Shown here in pieces: positions 1 to 9,738 of a stretch of 64,000 bases of DNA. The first letter of the stretch is position 1; every line of letters begins with the position of its first letter. Under the pieces are notes generated by a model that ran no database searches, was not told the DNA's origin, and saw only the letters and a program-made list of their open reading frames with translations. The DNA lies in assembly GCA_964452875.1 (NCBI GenBank), contig CAYVNG010000002.1:1459-65458 (forward strand), written 5' to 3'. The DNA comes from an uncultured Candidatus Saccharibacteria bacterium. Its GTDB lineage: Bacteria; Patescibacteriota; Minisyncoccia; Minisyncoccales; CAYVNG01. Both the position numbers and the translations under genes were made by a program.

Positions 1-739
1 TCTTGGCCGCGTCTTTTTCTTCCTTTCCAGCAGCATCCCTTTCCTTGGGTTTTTCTTCAGGAAAAGCGTTTTTGACAAGATCAAAATGGTTGATCAGTAT
101 TTCGGCTGCCTTGGCCATGGCCGTCTCCGGGCTCAAGGTCCCGTCGGTCTCGATGTCCATCTTCAGCCTGTCAAAGTCGGTTCTTTCCCCGACCCTCATA
201 TTCTCCACGCTGAAACTCACTTTTCGCACCGGGCTGTAAATGGCATCCAAGGGAATCTCCCCTATGGCCAGCTTTTCCTTTTTCCTCCTTTCCACCGGCT
301 CATAACCCATTCCTTTCCCGACAAGAATTTCCATTTCCAGCTGGGAAGATTTGGAAGTCAGAGTGCAGATCTTGGCGTCCTTGTTCATAAGCTCAACCTG
401 CGCAGGAAGCTTGAAATCGGAGCCTTTGACCTGCTTTTCCCCTTTTGCGGACAAGACTATGCTCTGGGGTTCTTCGCTCCAGACTTTGAATCTCAGCTGC
501 TTCAGATTGAGCAGTATGTTTATGACGTCCTCTTTGATCCCGGGAATAGTCGAAAATTCGTGCTGGACCCCCTTGATTTTGACACTAGTGACCGCGGCCC
601 CCTCAAGCGAGGAAAGCAGAACCCTTCTTATCGAATTCCCAACGGTGACGCCGTAGCCCGGGTAAAGGCCCTCTATCTCAAAGGAAGCTGAATTCCCTTC
701 CTTTTCCGTTATTTTCGGCTGTGATGGCAGTAATATCAT
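1..739 (-). CDS. rpoA: DNA-directed RNA polymerase alpha subunit (N-terminal domain plus linker; C-terminus runs off the left edge)
   Basis: Hand translation from ATG at 739: MILLPSQPKITEKEGNSASFEIEGLYPGYGVTVGNSIRRVLLSSLEGAAVTSVKIKGVQHEFSTIPGIKEDV...IYSPVRKVSFSVENMRVGER. The frame stays open to position 1. Absent from the ORF track because there is no stop in the window. Follows rpsD as in the alpha operon. Confidence 0.9.
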   Translation of the reverse strand, partial: MILLPSQPKITEKEGNSASFEIEGLYPGYGVTVGNSIRRVLLSSLEGAAVTSVKIKGVQHEFSTIPGIKEDVINILLNLKQLRFKVWSEEPQSIVLSAKGEKQVKGSDFKLPAQVELMNKDAKICTLTSKSSQLEMEILVGKGMGYEPVERRKKEKLAIGEIPLDAIYSPVRKVSFSVENMRVGERTDFDRLKMDIETDGTLSPETAMAKAAEILINHFDLVKNAFPEEKPKERDAAGKEEKDAAK

Positions 740-801
740 ATTTTTTGATTATAGTTTGCGGATCAATGCGGAAGAAAAGAGGCCGCACTGCAAATCCGCT
801 T

Positions 802-1431
802 TTACCTTGAAAAGAATTCAAAGATTGCGGAAATTTCTCCGGGAGGAGCGACTTCCTCCAGAGTCGGATTGCCGACAACCTGGGCTTCCACTTTGTCCTT
901 GTCGAGTTTAAGCCAAGAAGGCGGCGCGCTCTTTTTGGCCCCGGCTTTTATGGATTTGAAAATATTCCTCTTCTCCACTCCCGCATGGAGGCTGATCTTG
1001 TCTCCTTTTTTAAGGTCGTATGAAGGGATGTTCGTCACCCTGCCGTTCACCATGAAATACTTATGGGAGACCATCTGTCTTGCCTGGGGATGAGAAGGGG
1101 CCAGGCCCAGCCTGAAAATCGCGTTATCGAGCCTCTTCTCCATCTTCTGTATCAAAACTTCGGAAGGGTTGTCGATTGTCTTCCTTTTCTTCAGCGTGTC
1201 TTTTACATATTTCCCGAACTGGGTTTCGCTCAGGTTGTACCAGTTCTTTATCTTTTGCTTTTCCTGGAGCTCTTTTCCGTATTCAGACAATGGCTTGGGT
1301 CTCCTTTTCCCTTTGGACCCGGGAGGGTAGGATTTTTTGAGTATGGAGCATTTCGGAGAAAGGCATCTCTCCCCTTTTAAAAACAGCTTGGCTCCCATCC
1401 TTCTGCAGATTTTGCATTTTTTATCCGTCAT
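802..1431 (-). CDS. rpsD: 30S ribosomal protein S4
   Basis: 209-aa ORF with N-terminal Cys cluster CKICRRMG...CLSPKC and an S4 RNA-binding domain. Order rpsM-rpsK-rpsD-rpoA. Confidence 0.95.
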   Translation of the reverse strand: MTDKKCKICRRMGAKLFLKGERCLSPKCSILKKSYPPGSKGKRRPKPLSEYGKELQEKQKIKNWYNLSETQFGKYVKDTLKKRKTIDNPSEVLIQKMEKRLDNAIFRLGLAPSHPQARQMVSHKYFMVNGRVTNIPSYDLKKGDKISLHAGVEKRNIFKSIKAGAKKSAPPSWLKLDKDKVEAQVVGNPTLEEVAPPGEISAIFEFFSR

Positions 1432-1446
1432 TTTGCGTGTTCAAAA

Positions 1447-1896
1447 TTAAACCCTTCTCGGCTTGGGCGGCCTGCACCCGTTGTGCGGGATCGGCGTTAT
1501 ATCCTTTATAGCCGCCAGTTCCAATCCCTTGGCTGCCAAGGATCTCAAGGCCGAATCCCTTCCGGATCCGACCCCTTTTATAAAAACGTGGATTTTCCCC
1601 ACTCCTATTTTCTGGGCCGTCTGGACGATGGTTTCAGCCACCTTGGAAGCGGCGAAAGGAGTGGCTTTCTTCGACCCCTTGAACCCTATTTTTCCGGCCG
1701 AAGACCATCCCAGGACGTTCCCTTTCATGTCAGCCAAAGAAACCGTCGTATTGTTGTATGAGGAAGAAATGTAAACCTTGGCCTCCCTTATCTTGGGCGT
1801 CTCTATTTTCATTTCCTTCCCCGATTTTTTCTCCATCTTCTCGTTCTCTTTCAGGAGTTCTTCTTCTGTTTGTGAAGCTATTCTTTTTTTACCCAT
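1447..1896 (-). CDS. rpsK: 30S ribosomal protein S11
   Basis: 149-aa ORF. C-terminal ITPIPHNGCRPPKPRRV is the S11 signature. Lys-rich N-terminal extension. Confidence 0.95.
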   Translation of the reverse strand: MGKKRIASQTEEELLKENEKMEKKSGKEMKIETPKIREAKVYISSSYNNTTVSLADMKGNVLGWSSAGKIGFKGSKKATPFAASKVAETIVQTAQKIGVGKIHVFIKGVGSGRDSALRSLAAKGLELAAIKDITPIPHNGCRPPKPRRV

Positions 1897-1905
1897 AATT
1901 GTTTC

Positions 1906-2295
1906 CTATGTAGGAGTCGCTGCCGGTTTTCTTCCCGACCCGACCGTTTTTCTTACGTTTCCCCTGACGGTTCTGCTGTTGGTTTTCGTCCTCTGCCCCC
2001 TTGTCGGAAGGCCTTTGGCGTGCCTTGAACCGCGCCAGCTGCCCACATCCTTCAGCCTCTTTATGTTCCTCATCTTATCCCTTCTCAAATCCCCTTCGAT
2101 CCTGTATTTCTTCTCGATCTCGTCTCGCAGCAAGCCCAGCTCGTCCGGCTTCAGGTCTGACGCCCTGACAGTGGGATTGATCTTCGTATCGGACAGAATC
2201 TTCCTGCTCAAAGGGCGGCCTATTCCGTATATGTAGGTCAAAGCGATTTCTATTTGCTTGTTGTCCGGTATGTTTATCCCTGCGATCCTTGCCAT
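1906..2295 (-). CDS. rpsM: 30S ribosomal protein S13
   Basis: 129-aa ORF starting MARIAGINIPDNKQIEIALTYIYGIG, typical S13. Confidence 0.95.
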   Translation of the reverse strand: MARIAGINIPDNKQIEIALTYIYGIGRPLSRKILSDTKINPTVRASDLKPDELGLLRDEIEKKYRIEGDLRRDKMRNIKRLKDVGSWRGSRHAKGLPTRGQRTKTNSRTVRGNVRKTVGSGRKPAATPT

Positions 2296-2301
2296 ATGTT
2301 T

Positions 2302-2415
2302 TTAGCCCTGCCTCTGCTTATGCTTTGCAATTTTGCAGATCACATAAACTCGTCCTTTGCGTCGGACGATTTTGCAGTTCTTGCAAATTTTTTTTACTGA
2401 TGCCTGAACTTTCAT
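2302..2415 (-). CDS. rpmJ: 50S ribosomal protein L36
   Basis: Hand translation: [37 protein letters not shown], then TAA. Below the ORF-track size cutoff. Lies between infA and rpsM. Confidence 0.9.
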   Translation of the reverse strand: MKVQASVKKICKNCKIVRRKGRVYVICKIAKHKQRQG

Positions 2416-2445
2416 TCTGTTTTAAAAAAATACCCGCAGAGCCGA

Positions 2446-2673
2446 TCACTTCCCCCGATAGACTATCCTTCCCTTGGTCTGGTCGTAAGGCGTCATTTCC
2501 ACCTGAACCCTGTCCCCGGGGAGTATCTTTATGCGGTGTATCCTAAGTCTCCCTGCCAGATGGCCCAAGATGACGGAACCGTCTTCCATTTCCACCCTGA
2601 ACAAAGTTCCGGGAAGAGTTTCAACCACCCGGCCTGTTTTCTGTATTGTATTCGCTTTTTTGGAAAAATTCAT
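2446..2673 (-). CDS. infA: Translation initiation factor IF-1
   Basis: S1-like fold [51 protein letters not shown]. Start moved to the internal ATG (MNFSKK) at 2673; the track ORF extends to 2703. Confidence 0.9.
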   Translation of the reverse strand: MNFSKKANTIQKTGRVVETLPGTLFRVEMEDGSVILGHLAGRLRIHRIKILPGDRVQVEMTPYDQTKGRIVYRGK

Positions 2674-2709
2674 CAAACAAAAATAAGATAACAAATAAAT
2701 CAATCCGCG

Positions 2710-5121
2710 TCAACCCCTTTCGGGCGGATTTCCAGAACCCCGCTTCTTTAAGCTCAATATGGTCTTGATGACCGTGTCCGGATTCAAGGACATGCTCTCT
2801 ATACCTTCTTTCATCAAAAACTGAGCGAAATCCGGGAAATCGGAGGGAGCTTGGCCGCAGATTCCGCAGTACTTCTTTTTCTTCCTGCAGATCCTGATCA
2901 CCTCCCTTATCATCTCTTTGACGGCCTCGTTCTTTTCATCCCCGATCGGAGCCAACTTGGCGTTGTCCCTGTCTATCCCCAAAACCAGCTGAGTCAGGTC
3001 GTTTGAGCCAATGCTCATTCCGTCGAAAATCTCTAGGAATTGCTCTGCCAGGATGACATTGGAAGGAATTTCGCACATGACGTACGTTTTAAGCTCCTTG
3101 CCCAGGCCGTACTTCCTTATGAGGCTAACCACCTTCTTTCCTTCCTCGGGCGTCCTGCAGAAAGGAACCATTGCCGAAACGTTTCTCAAGCCGAAGACCT
3201 CCCTGACCCTTTTAATGGCCCTGCATTCCATCTGGAAGGCGGGTTTGAAAGCTTCGTCATAATATCTTGAAGCTCCCCTCCAGCCGATCATGGGATTCGA
3301 TTCTTCAGGCTCGAATTTCTTCCCTCCGACCAGAGAGGCGTATTCGTTGGTCTTGAAGTCAGAGAACCTCACTATCACCTCGTTCGGCCAAAAAGCGGCC
3401 GCGATCTGGCCTATGCCTTCGGCGAGCTCTTTGACGAAAAACTCCTTTTTGTCCCTGTGCTCAGCCGTTATTTCCTCTATTTCTTTCCTCAGCTTCTTGT
3501 CCTTGATCTTGTTGAAATGGTAAAGGGCCAGGGGATGGACCCTTATCTTGTCTGCGATTATGAATTCCTCGCGGGCAAGCCCCACTCCCTGGACCGGAAG
3601 GAAAGATGTCTTGAAAGCGGAATCCGGCGCCCCTATGTTGACCATTATCTTCGTTTTCAGCTTTGGGACTTCTTTCAAATCATACCTGTTTATCTTGAAA
3701 GGGATTTTTCCCGAATAGATCTTCCCGTCCAGGCCCTGGGTGCAGTCCACGCTTATCGTCTCCCCGTTCCTGAGGGTTTCGAAAACGCCTTTCACCCCGA
3801 CGATGGCAGGCACCCCTAATTCCCTGCTGACGATGGCCGCATGAGCGGTCTTGCCACCTTCTTCGGTGACGATGGCAGAAGCCATGCTCATCACTGGGAC
3901 CCAGTCGGGATCGGTCATCTTGGTCACCAGAACTTCCCCTTCCCTGAACTGGTTTATCTTTGAAACGTCTTGGATTATCCTCACCCTTCCCATTCCTATC
4001 TTGTCTCCGACCGCCACCCCTTTGAGGATGGGCTTCTTTTTCGTCTTAATGACGTATTCTTCGTAAAATCTTCCGCTCTTGATGGCGTGCACCGTTTCCG
4101 GCCTTGACTGGACTATGAAAAGCTTTCCCGTCCTGCCGTCCTTGGCCCACTCAAGGTCCTGAGGCTGCCATCTCCCCGCCTCCTTGGAATAGTGATCCTC
4201 TATCCTGAGCGCCCAGTCGGCCAAAGTCAGGATCTCCTTGTCCGTCAAGGAAAACTTCATCTGCTGAGAATCAGACACGTTCTGCTCTTTCAGCCCTCCG
4301 GAAGCTCCGTAAACGTATTTCCTGCTTTTCCTTCCCAAGTTCTTTACGATTATGGCTTCTTTTCCTTCCTTCAAAGTCGGTTTGAAAACGTAGAATTGGT
4401 CCGGAGTTATCTTCCCTTTCACTATCATCTCTCCGATTCCCCAGATGGAGTTTATCAAAATGACGTTCTTGAATCCTGTTTCCGTGTCCAAAGTGAACAT
4501 GATCCCGGAAGAAGCCAAATCCGACCTCACCATTTTCATCACCCCAACTGACAAGGCTATTTTCAGATGGTCGAACTTCTTTTCCTCCCGGTAGGAAATG
4601 GCTCTGTCCGTGAACAAGGAAGCCATGCATTTTTTGACAGCTTCCAGCAACGCCTCGCCTCCTGACACGTTCAAATAGGTTTCGTGCTGTCCGGCAAAAG
4701 AAGCCGAAGGCAGGTCTTCTGCGGTCGCAGACGACCTTACTGCAACGTCCGCCTCTTTTTGCCTGTATTCTTCGGAAAGCTTCTTATAGCTCTTCAAAAT
4801 GTCCCTTTCCAAATCCTTGGGAAAACTTCCTTTGAGGATGAGGGATCTCGCCTTTTCACCGGTTTTCTGCAGGCTCTCCAAATTCCCCTTTTTCATCTCA
4901 GAAAACGCTTTTTCCAGTTCCTTTTCTATCTTATTGGCCTTCAAATAGTATCTGTATCCCCGGGCCGTCAATGCAAACCCGTCAGGGACGTTCACTCCTT
5001 TTTTGGCCATTGCAGAATACATCTCTCCCAAGGAAGCGTTTTTTCCTCCCACCAGCTTCACGTCCTTCAAAGAAAGGCTTTTGAACCAAAGGATGTTTTT
5101 CCGGGAATTGCTTTTTTTCAT
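2710..5121 (-). CDS. ppsA: Phosphoenolpyruvate synthase (pyruvate, water dikinase)
   Basis: 803 aa. N-terminal VKLVGGKNASLGEM, swivel His motif GGKTAHAAIVSRELGVPAIVG, C-terminal PEP-binding barrel with GSNDLTQ. Confidence 0.9.
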   Translation of the reverse strand: MKKSNSRKNILWFKSLSLKDVKLVGGKNASLGEMYSAMAKKGVNVPDGFALTARGYRYYLKANKIEKELEKAFSEMKKGNLESLQKTGEKARSLILKGSFPKDLERDILKSYKKLSEEYRQKEADVAVRSSATAEDLPSASFAGQHETYLNVSGGEALLEAVKKCMASLFTDRAISYREEKKFDHLKIALSVGVMKMVRSDLASSGIMFTLDTETGFKNVILINSIWGIGEMIVKGKITPDQFYVFKPTLKEGKEAIIVKNLGRKSRKYVYGASGGLKEQNVSDSQQMKFSLTDKEILTLADWALRIEDHYSKEAGRWQPQDLEWAKDGRTGKLFIVQSRPETVHAIKSGRFYEEYVIKTKKKPILKGVAVGDKIGMGRVRIIQDVSKINQFREGEVLVTKMTDPDWVPVMSMASAIVTEEGGKTAHAAIVSRELGVPAIVGVKGVFETLRNGETISVDCTQGLDGKIYSGKIPFKINRYDLKEVPKLKTKIMVNIGAPDSAFKTSFLPVQGVGLAREEFIIADKIRVHPLALYHFNKIKDKKLRKEIEEITAEHRDKKEFFVKELAEGIGQIAAAFWPNEVIVRFSDFKTNEYASLVGGKKFEPEESNPMIGWRGASRYYDEAFKPAFQMECRAIKRVREVFGLRNVSAMVPFCRTPEEGKKVVSLIRKYGLGKELKTYVMCEIPSNVILAEQFLEIFDGMSIGSNDLTQLVLGIDRDNAKLAPIGDEKNEAVKEMIREVIRICRKKKKYCGICGQAPSDFPDFAQFLMKEGIESMSLNPDTVIKTILSLKKRGSGNPPERG

Positions 5122-7736
5122 TGATTTTTGAGTTCGGCCTGCGCCAAAGCAAGCCTTGCTGCCGGAACCCTGAAAGGAGAGCAGCTCACGTAATTGAGCC
5201 CTGTCTTATGGAAAAAATAGATGGAATCGGGATCCCCTCCGTGCTCTCCGCAGACTCCGATTTCAATGTCTTTCCTTGCTTTTCTCCCTTCTTTATTGGC
5301 CGAGATGAACAGCTGCCCTACCCCTTCCTGGTCGACGCTCAAAAACGGATCCTTGTCGAATATCTTCGCTTCCAAATAAGAAGGAAGGAAGCTTCCGGCG
5401 TCGTCCCTGGAGATTCCCAGGGCGGTCTGGGTGAGGTCATTCGTTCCGAAGGAGAAGAACTCCGCCTCCTTTGCGATCTGGCCGGCCATCAGGGCCGCTC
5501 TCGGAGTCTCTATCATGGTCCCTATCTTGTACTTCAGCTTCAGGCCGTATTCCTGCTGGGTCTCTTCGCAGACTTTTTTGATCAGGTCTTTCAAAATTCT
5601 GAACTCTTTCAGATCGATCACCAGGGGGATCATTATTTCCGGGATGACCTTCACCCCTTTCTTCGCCAAACCGCAGGCCGCTTCCATTATGGCTTTCGCC
5701 TGGGTCTCGTAGATTTCAGGGTAGGTGATCCCTAGCCTGCATCCGCGGTGCCCGAGCATGGGATTGGTCTCCTTCAGGGATTCCGTCCTGGATTTAATAT
5801 CCCTATAAGGGATTCCGGAAATTTTTGAAAGGTCCTTCATTTCCTTTTCCCCTTTCGGCAAAAACTCGTGCAAAGGAGGATCCAGCAGCCTTATTATCAC
5901 GGGCAAGCCATGCATCTCCTTGAATATCTCTATAAAATCCCCCTTCTGCAAGGGAAGAATCTTCTTCAAAGCGCTTTCCCTTTCCTTTTTGTCGTTCCCG
6001 AGGATCATCTGCTGGAAGGCGTCCAATTTGCTCTCTTCGAAGAACATGTGCTCTGTCCTGCAAAGGCCTATGCCTTCGGCCCCGAACTCCCTGGCTTTCC
6101 TGGCGTCTCCGGGCGTGTCGGCATTGGCGTAAATTCCCATCTTCCTCACTTCATCGGCCCATTCCAAAATGCTGGCCAATTGACCGCCGCTTTTCGAGGC
6201 GATGGTCGGAACCTTGCCGGAAAACACCTCTCCGGTCGCGCCGTCTATTGAAATATAGCTCCCCTTTTTAAAAACTTTCCCGCCGGCCTTAAGCACCCCT
6301 TTTTTGTAGTCAACCTGCATTTTCTCGCACCCGACCACTGCCGGCTTGCCCATGGCCCTTGTGACCAAAGCCGCATGGCTGGTGAACCCGCCCCTGGCGG
6401 TCAGCACCCCTTCCGAGACAGCGATGCCGTGGATGTCCTCAGGGGAAGTCTCGACTCTGACTAAAATAACGCTTCTCCCTTCCTTGGAAATCTTCTGGGC
6501 TTCTTCAGGATCGAAGACTATTTCCCCGACCGCTGCTCCCGGAGAAGCTACCAGGCCCCTGGCCAGGCATTCTTTCTTGGCGCTCTGGTCGAACCTCGGC
6601 TTGAACAGCCCTTCAATGAGATTGGGGTCTATCCTCAGCAATGCTTCCTTCCTGGAAACGAGCCCTTCTTTGACCTGGTCCAATGCTATCTTGACTGCGG
6701 CCTGAATGCTCCTTTTGCCGGTCCTGGTCTGCAGCATCCACAGCTTTCCGTTTTCAACGGTGAACTCGATATCCTGCATGTCCCTGTAGTATTTTTCAAG
6801 AGATCCGGCTATTTTAGCCAGCTCCTTGTAAGAGGAAGCGAACTGATTCTTCATCTTTTCTATGGGTTCAGGAGTCCTGATGCCGGCCACCACGTCCTCT
6901 CCCTGGGCCCTGATGAGGAACTCCCCGTACAGCCTGTTTTCCCCGGTGGCCGGATTCCTGGTGAATCCCACCCCGCTGGCCGACCTGTCGTTCAAATTTC
7001 CGAAAACCATTGACTGGACGTTCACGGCCGTCCCCCATTCGTCGGGAATCCTGTTCAGCTTCCTGTAAGTGACTGCCCTGGGATTGTTCCAGGATTTGAA
7101 AACTGCGGATATCGCCATCCAGAGCTGCTCTGCAGGATCCTGGGGAATGCTTTTCCCGGTGAGCTTTTTTACCCTGATCTTCAGCTTCCCGGATATCTCT
7201 TCCCAGTCTTTGGCCGAAAGCTTGACATCCTCTTTCACCCCTTTTCTCTTTTTCACCGCTTCCAGCACTTCGTTCAAGTCGTCCTTGGAAGCTCCCATCA
7301 CCACGTCGGCGAACATGAAAATAAACCTCCAATATGAATTCCAGGCGAACCTGGGCTCTTTTTCAGCTAAGGCTTCGGCTATTTCATCTGTCATTCCCAG
7401 GTTCAAAACAGTGTCCATCATGCCTGGCATGGAAATCCTGGCGCCGGACCTTACTGAAACCAGCAACGGATTTTCCAAATCCCCGAAGCTGGATCCCTTT
7501 TCCTTTTCGACCTCTTTCAAGGCCTTTTCAACCTCCGCTTTCAGGCCGGAAGGGAAGGTATAATTGTTCTTGTAGAAATGGACGCAAGCTTCTGTGGAAA
7601 CTGTGAAGCCAGGCGGTATGGGAAGGCCGAGCCTGGCCATCTGAGCGAGTCCGGCTCCTTTTCCGCCCAAGACCTCTTTCATTTTCGAAGATCCTTCAGC
7701 TTTCCTCTGGCTGAAAACATAAACGTATTTTGGCAT
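5118..7736 (-). CDS. ppdK: Pyruvate, phosphate dikinase
   Basis: 872 aa. GGKGAGLAQM, swivel GGFTSHAALVTRAMGKPAVVG, CRTEHMFF, GTNDLTQ. Its stop overlaps the ppsA start in ATGA. Confidence 0.9.
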   Translation of the reverse strand: MPKYVYVFSQRKAEGSSKMKEVLGGKGAGLAQMARLGLPIPPGFTVSTEACVHFYKNNYTFPSGLKAEVEKALKEVEKEKGSSFGDLENPLLVSVRSGARISMPGMMDTVLNLGMTDEIAEALAEKEPRFAWNSYWRFIFMFADVVMGASKDDLNEVLEAVKKRKGVKEDVKLSAKDWEEISGKLKIRVKKLTGKSIPQDPAEQLWMAISAVFKSWNNPRAVTYRKLNRIPDEWGTAVNVQSMVFGNLNDRSASGVGFTRNPATGENRLYGEFLIRAQGEDVVAGIRTPEPIEKMKNQFASSYKELAKIAGSLEKYYRDMQDIEFTVENGKLWMLQTRTGKRSIQAAVKIALDQVKEGLVSRKEALLRIDPNLIEGLFKPRFDQSAKKECLARGLVASPGAAVGEIVFDPEEAQKISKEGRSVILVRVETSPEDIHGIAVSEGVLTARGGFTSHAALVTRAMGKPAVVGCEKMQVDYKKGVLKAGGKVFKKGSYISIDGATGEVFSGKVPTIASKSGGQLASILEWADEVRKMGIYANADTPGDARKAREFGAEGIGLCRTEHMFFEESKLDAFQQMILGNDKKERESALKKILPLQKGDFIEIFKEMHGLPVIIRLLDPPLHEFLPKGEKEMKDLSKISGIPYRDIKSRTESLKETNPMLGHRGCRLGITYPEIYETQAKAIMEAACGLAKKGVKVIPEIMIPLVIDLKEFRILKDLIKKVCEETQQEYGLKLKYKIGTMIETPRAALMAGQIAKEAEFFSFGTNDLTQTALGISRDDAGSFLPSYLEAKIFDKDPFLSVDQEGVGQLFISANKEGRKARKDIEIGVCGEHGGDPDSIYFFHKTGLNYVSCSPFRVPAARLALAQAELKNQ

Positions 7737-7739
7737 AAA

Positions 7740-9083
7740 TCATTTAATCAGATTCCTTATGGCCGTTACTGCTCTCTTCGGATCAGAATAGGCTGGAATG
7801 TGATTCATCTCTAAAATTTTCATCCCTGGCAAGGACAGCTTTCCTCCCGACAGGACGCAGACTATCGCTTTTCGAGGATGTTTTTTTGCGGCTTTAGCTA
7901 TCATTTTAGCACTTTTTTCCGTTTCAGTCATTATCTGCGGGGTCTGCATGACTATCAAGCCGTTGATGTCATCCTGGTCTAAAAGGCAGGCAACTGCGGC
8001 TCTGTATCTTTCAGCCGGAGCGTCGCCTAAAATATCCAAGGGGTTTGCCAAAGAAAAGAAAGGATGCATCGCCATTAAGGCCTTAATCCTCTCTTTTGTT
8101 TCGTCATTAAACTTAGAAATCATTATTCCGGAGTCAGTGCAGTAATCAGCCGCCAGAGCCCCGTATCCCCCTCCGTTCGTGACTATGGCAATGCCGTTCT
8201 TGATGCGAGGCTGCCAGGCCAACGCCTTGGCTGAATCGAAAACTTCTTCAAGGGTTTCGCATTCTATCAGCCCGGCCTGTTTGAATGCGGCTTTATAAAT
8301 GTCGTAGCTTCCGGCCAAGGATCCGGTGTGGGTGGAAACGGCTGTCTTTCCGGCCGTTGTTTTCCCGGCCTTCAAGACCAAAACCGGTTTTTCCATGGAA
8401 ATCTTTTTGGAAATTCTCAAGAACTCCCTGCCTTTTTCGATCCCTTCAAGGTAAAGGACGATCGCTTTGGTTTTCTGGTCGCGGCCGAACCAATCAAGAA
8501 AATCGTTCATGCCGAGCCCGGCACCGTTCCCGTATGAGACCAAGCCGGAAAATCCGTAGTTCTCCGACAAAGATCTGTCAATTATGGAATCCAGCAGAGC
8601 TCCTGACTGGGATATCACGGCTATCTCCCCATCTTTCGGAGAGACAGGGGCGAAGCTGGCGTTTAATCCTGATCCCGGCCTTATTATCCCCAAGCAATTC
8701 GGACCTATCAAAGGGATGTTGTTCTTTCCGGCCAGGTCTGAAATATCGTTCTGAAGTTTTTTTTCGCCTATTTCCGCAAATCCGCTGGATATGACGACGA
8801 TCCCTCCTGTTTGCTTCCGGCAGCATTCGGAAACGATTTTCAAAACCGATTTTGCCGGAACGGCTACGATTGCAAGGTCGACTCGTCCCGGAACGTCAAG
8901 CACGGAAGAGAATGTCTTCTCTCCCAAAACATTATTTCTGAAAGGGTTCACTGCAAAAACCTTCCTCCTTTCTTTTCCTTCCAGCGCATTTTTCATCAAG
9001 CCCCATCCTACCGACCCTTTTTCAGGTTTCGCCCCTATCACAGCCAGGCTTTTGGGATTGAATATTCTGCTTAAATCATTCAT
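7740..9083 (-). CDS. acdA: Acetate--CoA ligase (ADP-forming), alpha subunit
   Basis: 447 aa. N-terminal CoA-binding domain (PKSLAVIGA), succinyl-CoA-synthetase-like flavodoxin domains, phosphohistidine loop VSTHTGSLAG. Confidence 0.8.
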   Translation of the reverse strand: MNDLSRIFNPKSLAVIGAKPEKGSVGWGLMKNALEGKERRKVFAVNPFRNNVLGEKTFSSVLDVPGRVDLAIVAVPAKSVLKIVSECCRKQTGGIVVISSGFAEIGEKKLQNDISDLAGKNNIPLIGPNCLGIIRPGSGLNASFAPVSPKDGEIAVISQSGALLDSIIDRSLSENYGFSGLVSYGNGAGLGMNDFLDWFGRDQKTKAIVLYLEGIEKGREFLRISKKISMEKPVLVLKAGKTTAGKTAVSTHTGSLAGSYDIYKAAFKQAGLIECETLEEVFDSAKALAWQPRIKNGIAIVTNGGGYGALAADYCTDSGIMISKFNDETKERIKALMAMHPFFSLANPLDILGDAPAERYRAAVACLLDQDDINGLIVMQTPQIMTETEKSAKMIAKAAKKHPRKAIVCVLSGGKLSLPGMKILEMNHIPAYSDPKRAVTAIRNLIK

Positions 9084-9694
9084 GCCAAAAATTTGAAATC
9101 CACAATCTTCGCTTTTTTTTCATCGACCATCACCGGATTGAAATCGATCTCCTTTATGTTTTCCTCCTTTAGAGAAAGCTCGGAAAGCTTGAACAATATG
9201 TCGGCTAAAGCCTGGACGTTCATCCCCTTCCTTCCCCTGCAGCCTTGCAAAACCGGCCAGGCCTTCAGGGACTTCATCATTTCAAGGGCCTCTTTCCTGG
9301 TCACCGGAGCTATCCTGAAAGACACGTCTTTCAGGATTTCGACGAAGATGCCGCCGAGCCCGGCCATCAGAACCGGACCGAAAGCGGGATCCTTTTTCAT
9401 CCCCAAAGACATTTCCGTCCCTTTCACCTCTTCCTGAATCAATACCTTGCCCAGCTTGGAAATGGCTTCAAAAGCTTTTTTGAGCTCTTTTTCGTCCTTG
9501 ATGCCGGTTTTCACTCCTCCGACATCGCTCTTATGGAGAATATTCGGGGAAAAAACCTTAAGGACCAAAGGAAAACCTGTCTTCTTGCCGAAAACCATGG
9601 CCTCCTTCAAAGATTCTGCCATTTTCGTCTTCGCGACCGGAAACCCGTATTGTTTCAAAAGCTTGACGCTTTTTTCAAAACCGATCAAAGGCAT
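9080..9694 (-). CDS. acdB: Acetate--CoA ligase (ADP-forming), beta (ATP-grasp) subunit
   Basis: 204 aa ATP-grasp-like (VLKVFSPNILHKSDVGGVKTGI). 4-nt overlap with the downstream alpha subunit gene. Confidence 0.75.
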   Translation of the reverse strand: MPLIGFEKSVKLLKQYGFPVAKTKMAESLKEAMVFGKKTGFPLVLKVFSPNILHKSDVGGVKTGIKDEKELKKAFEAISKLGKVLIQEEVKGTEMSLGMKKDPAFGPVLMAGLGGIFVEILKDVSFRIAPVTRKEALEMMKSLKAWPVLQGCRGRKGMNVQALADILFKLSELSLKEENIKEIDFNPVMVDEKKAKIVDFKFLA

Positions 9695-9738
9695 TGTAAA
9701 TAAATTCGCCCGAGCTGGCCGGGCATAGATCTTTTGCT

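Noticed and set aside
86-691. Plus-strand ORFs of 201, 101 and 78 aa at the left edge.
   Set aside because: The minus strand here translates cleanly into the RNA polymerase alpha N-terminal domain. That reading frame is missing from the track only because it has no stop inside the window.
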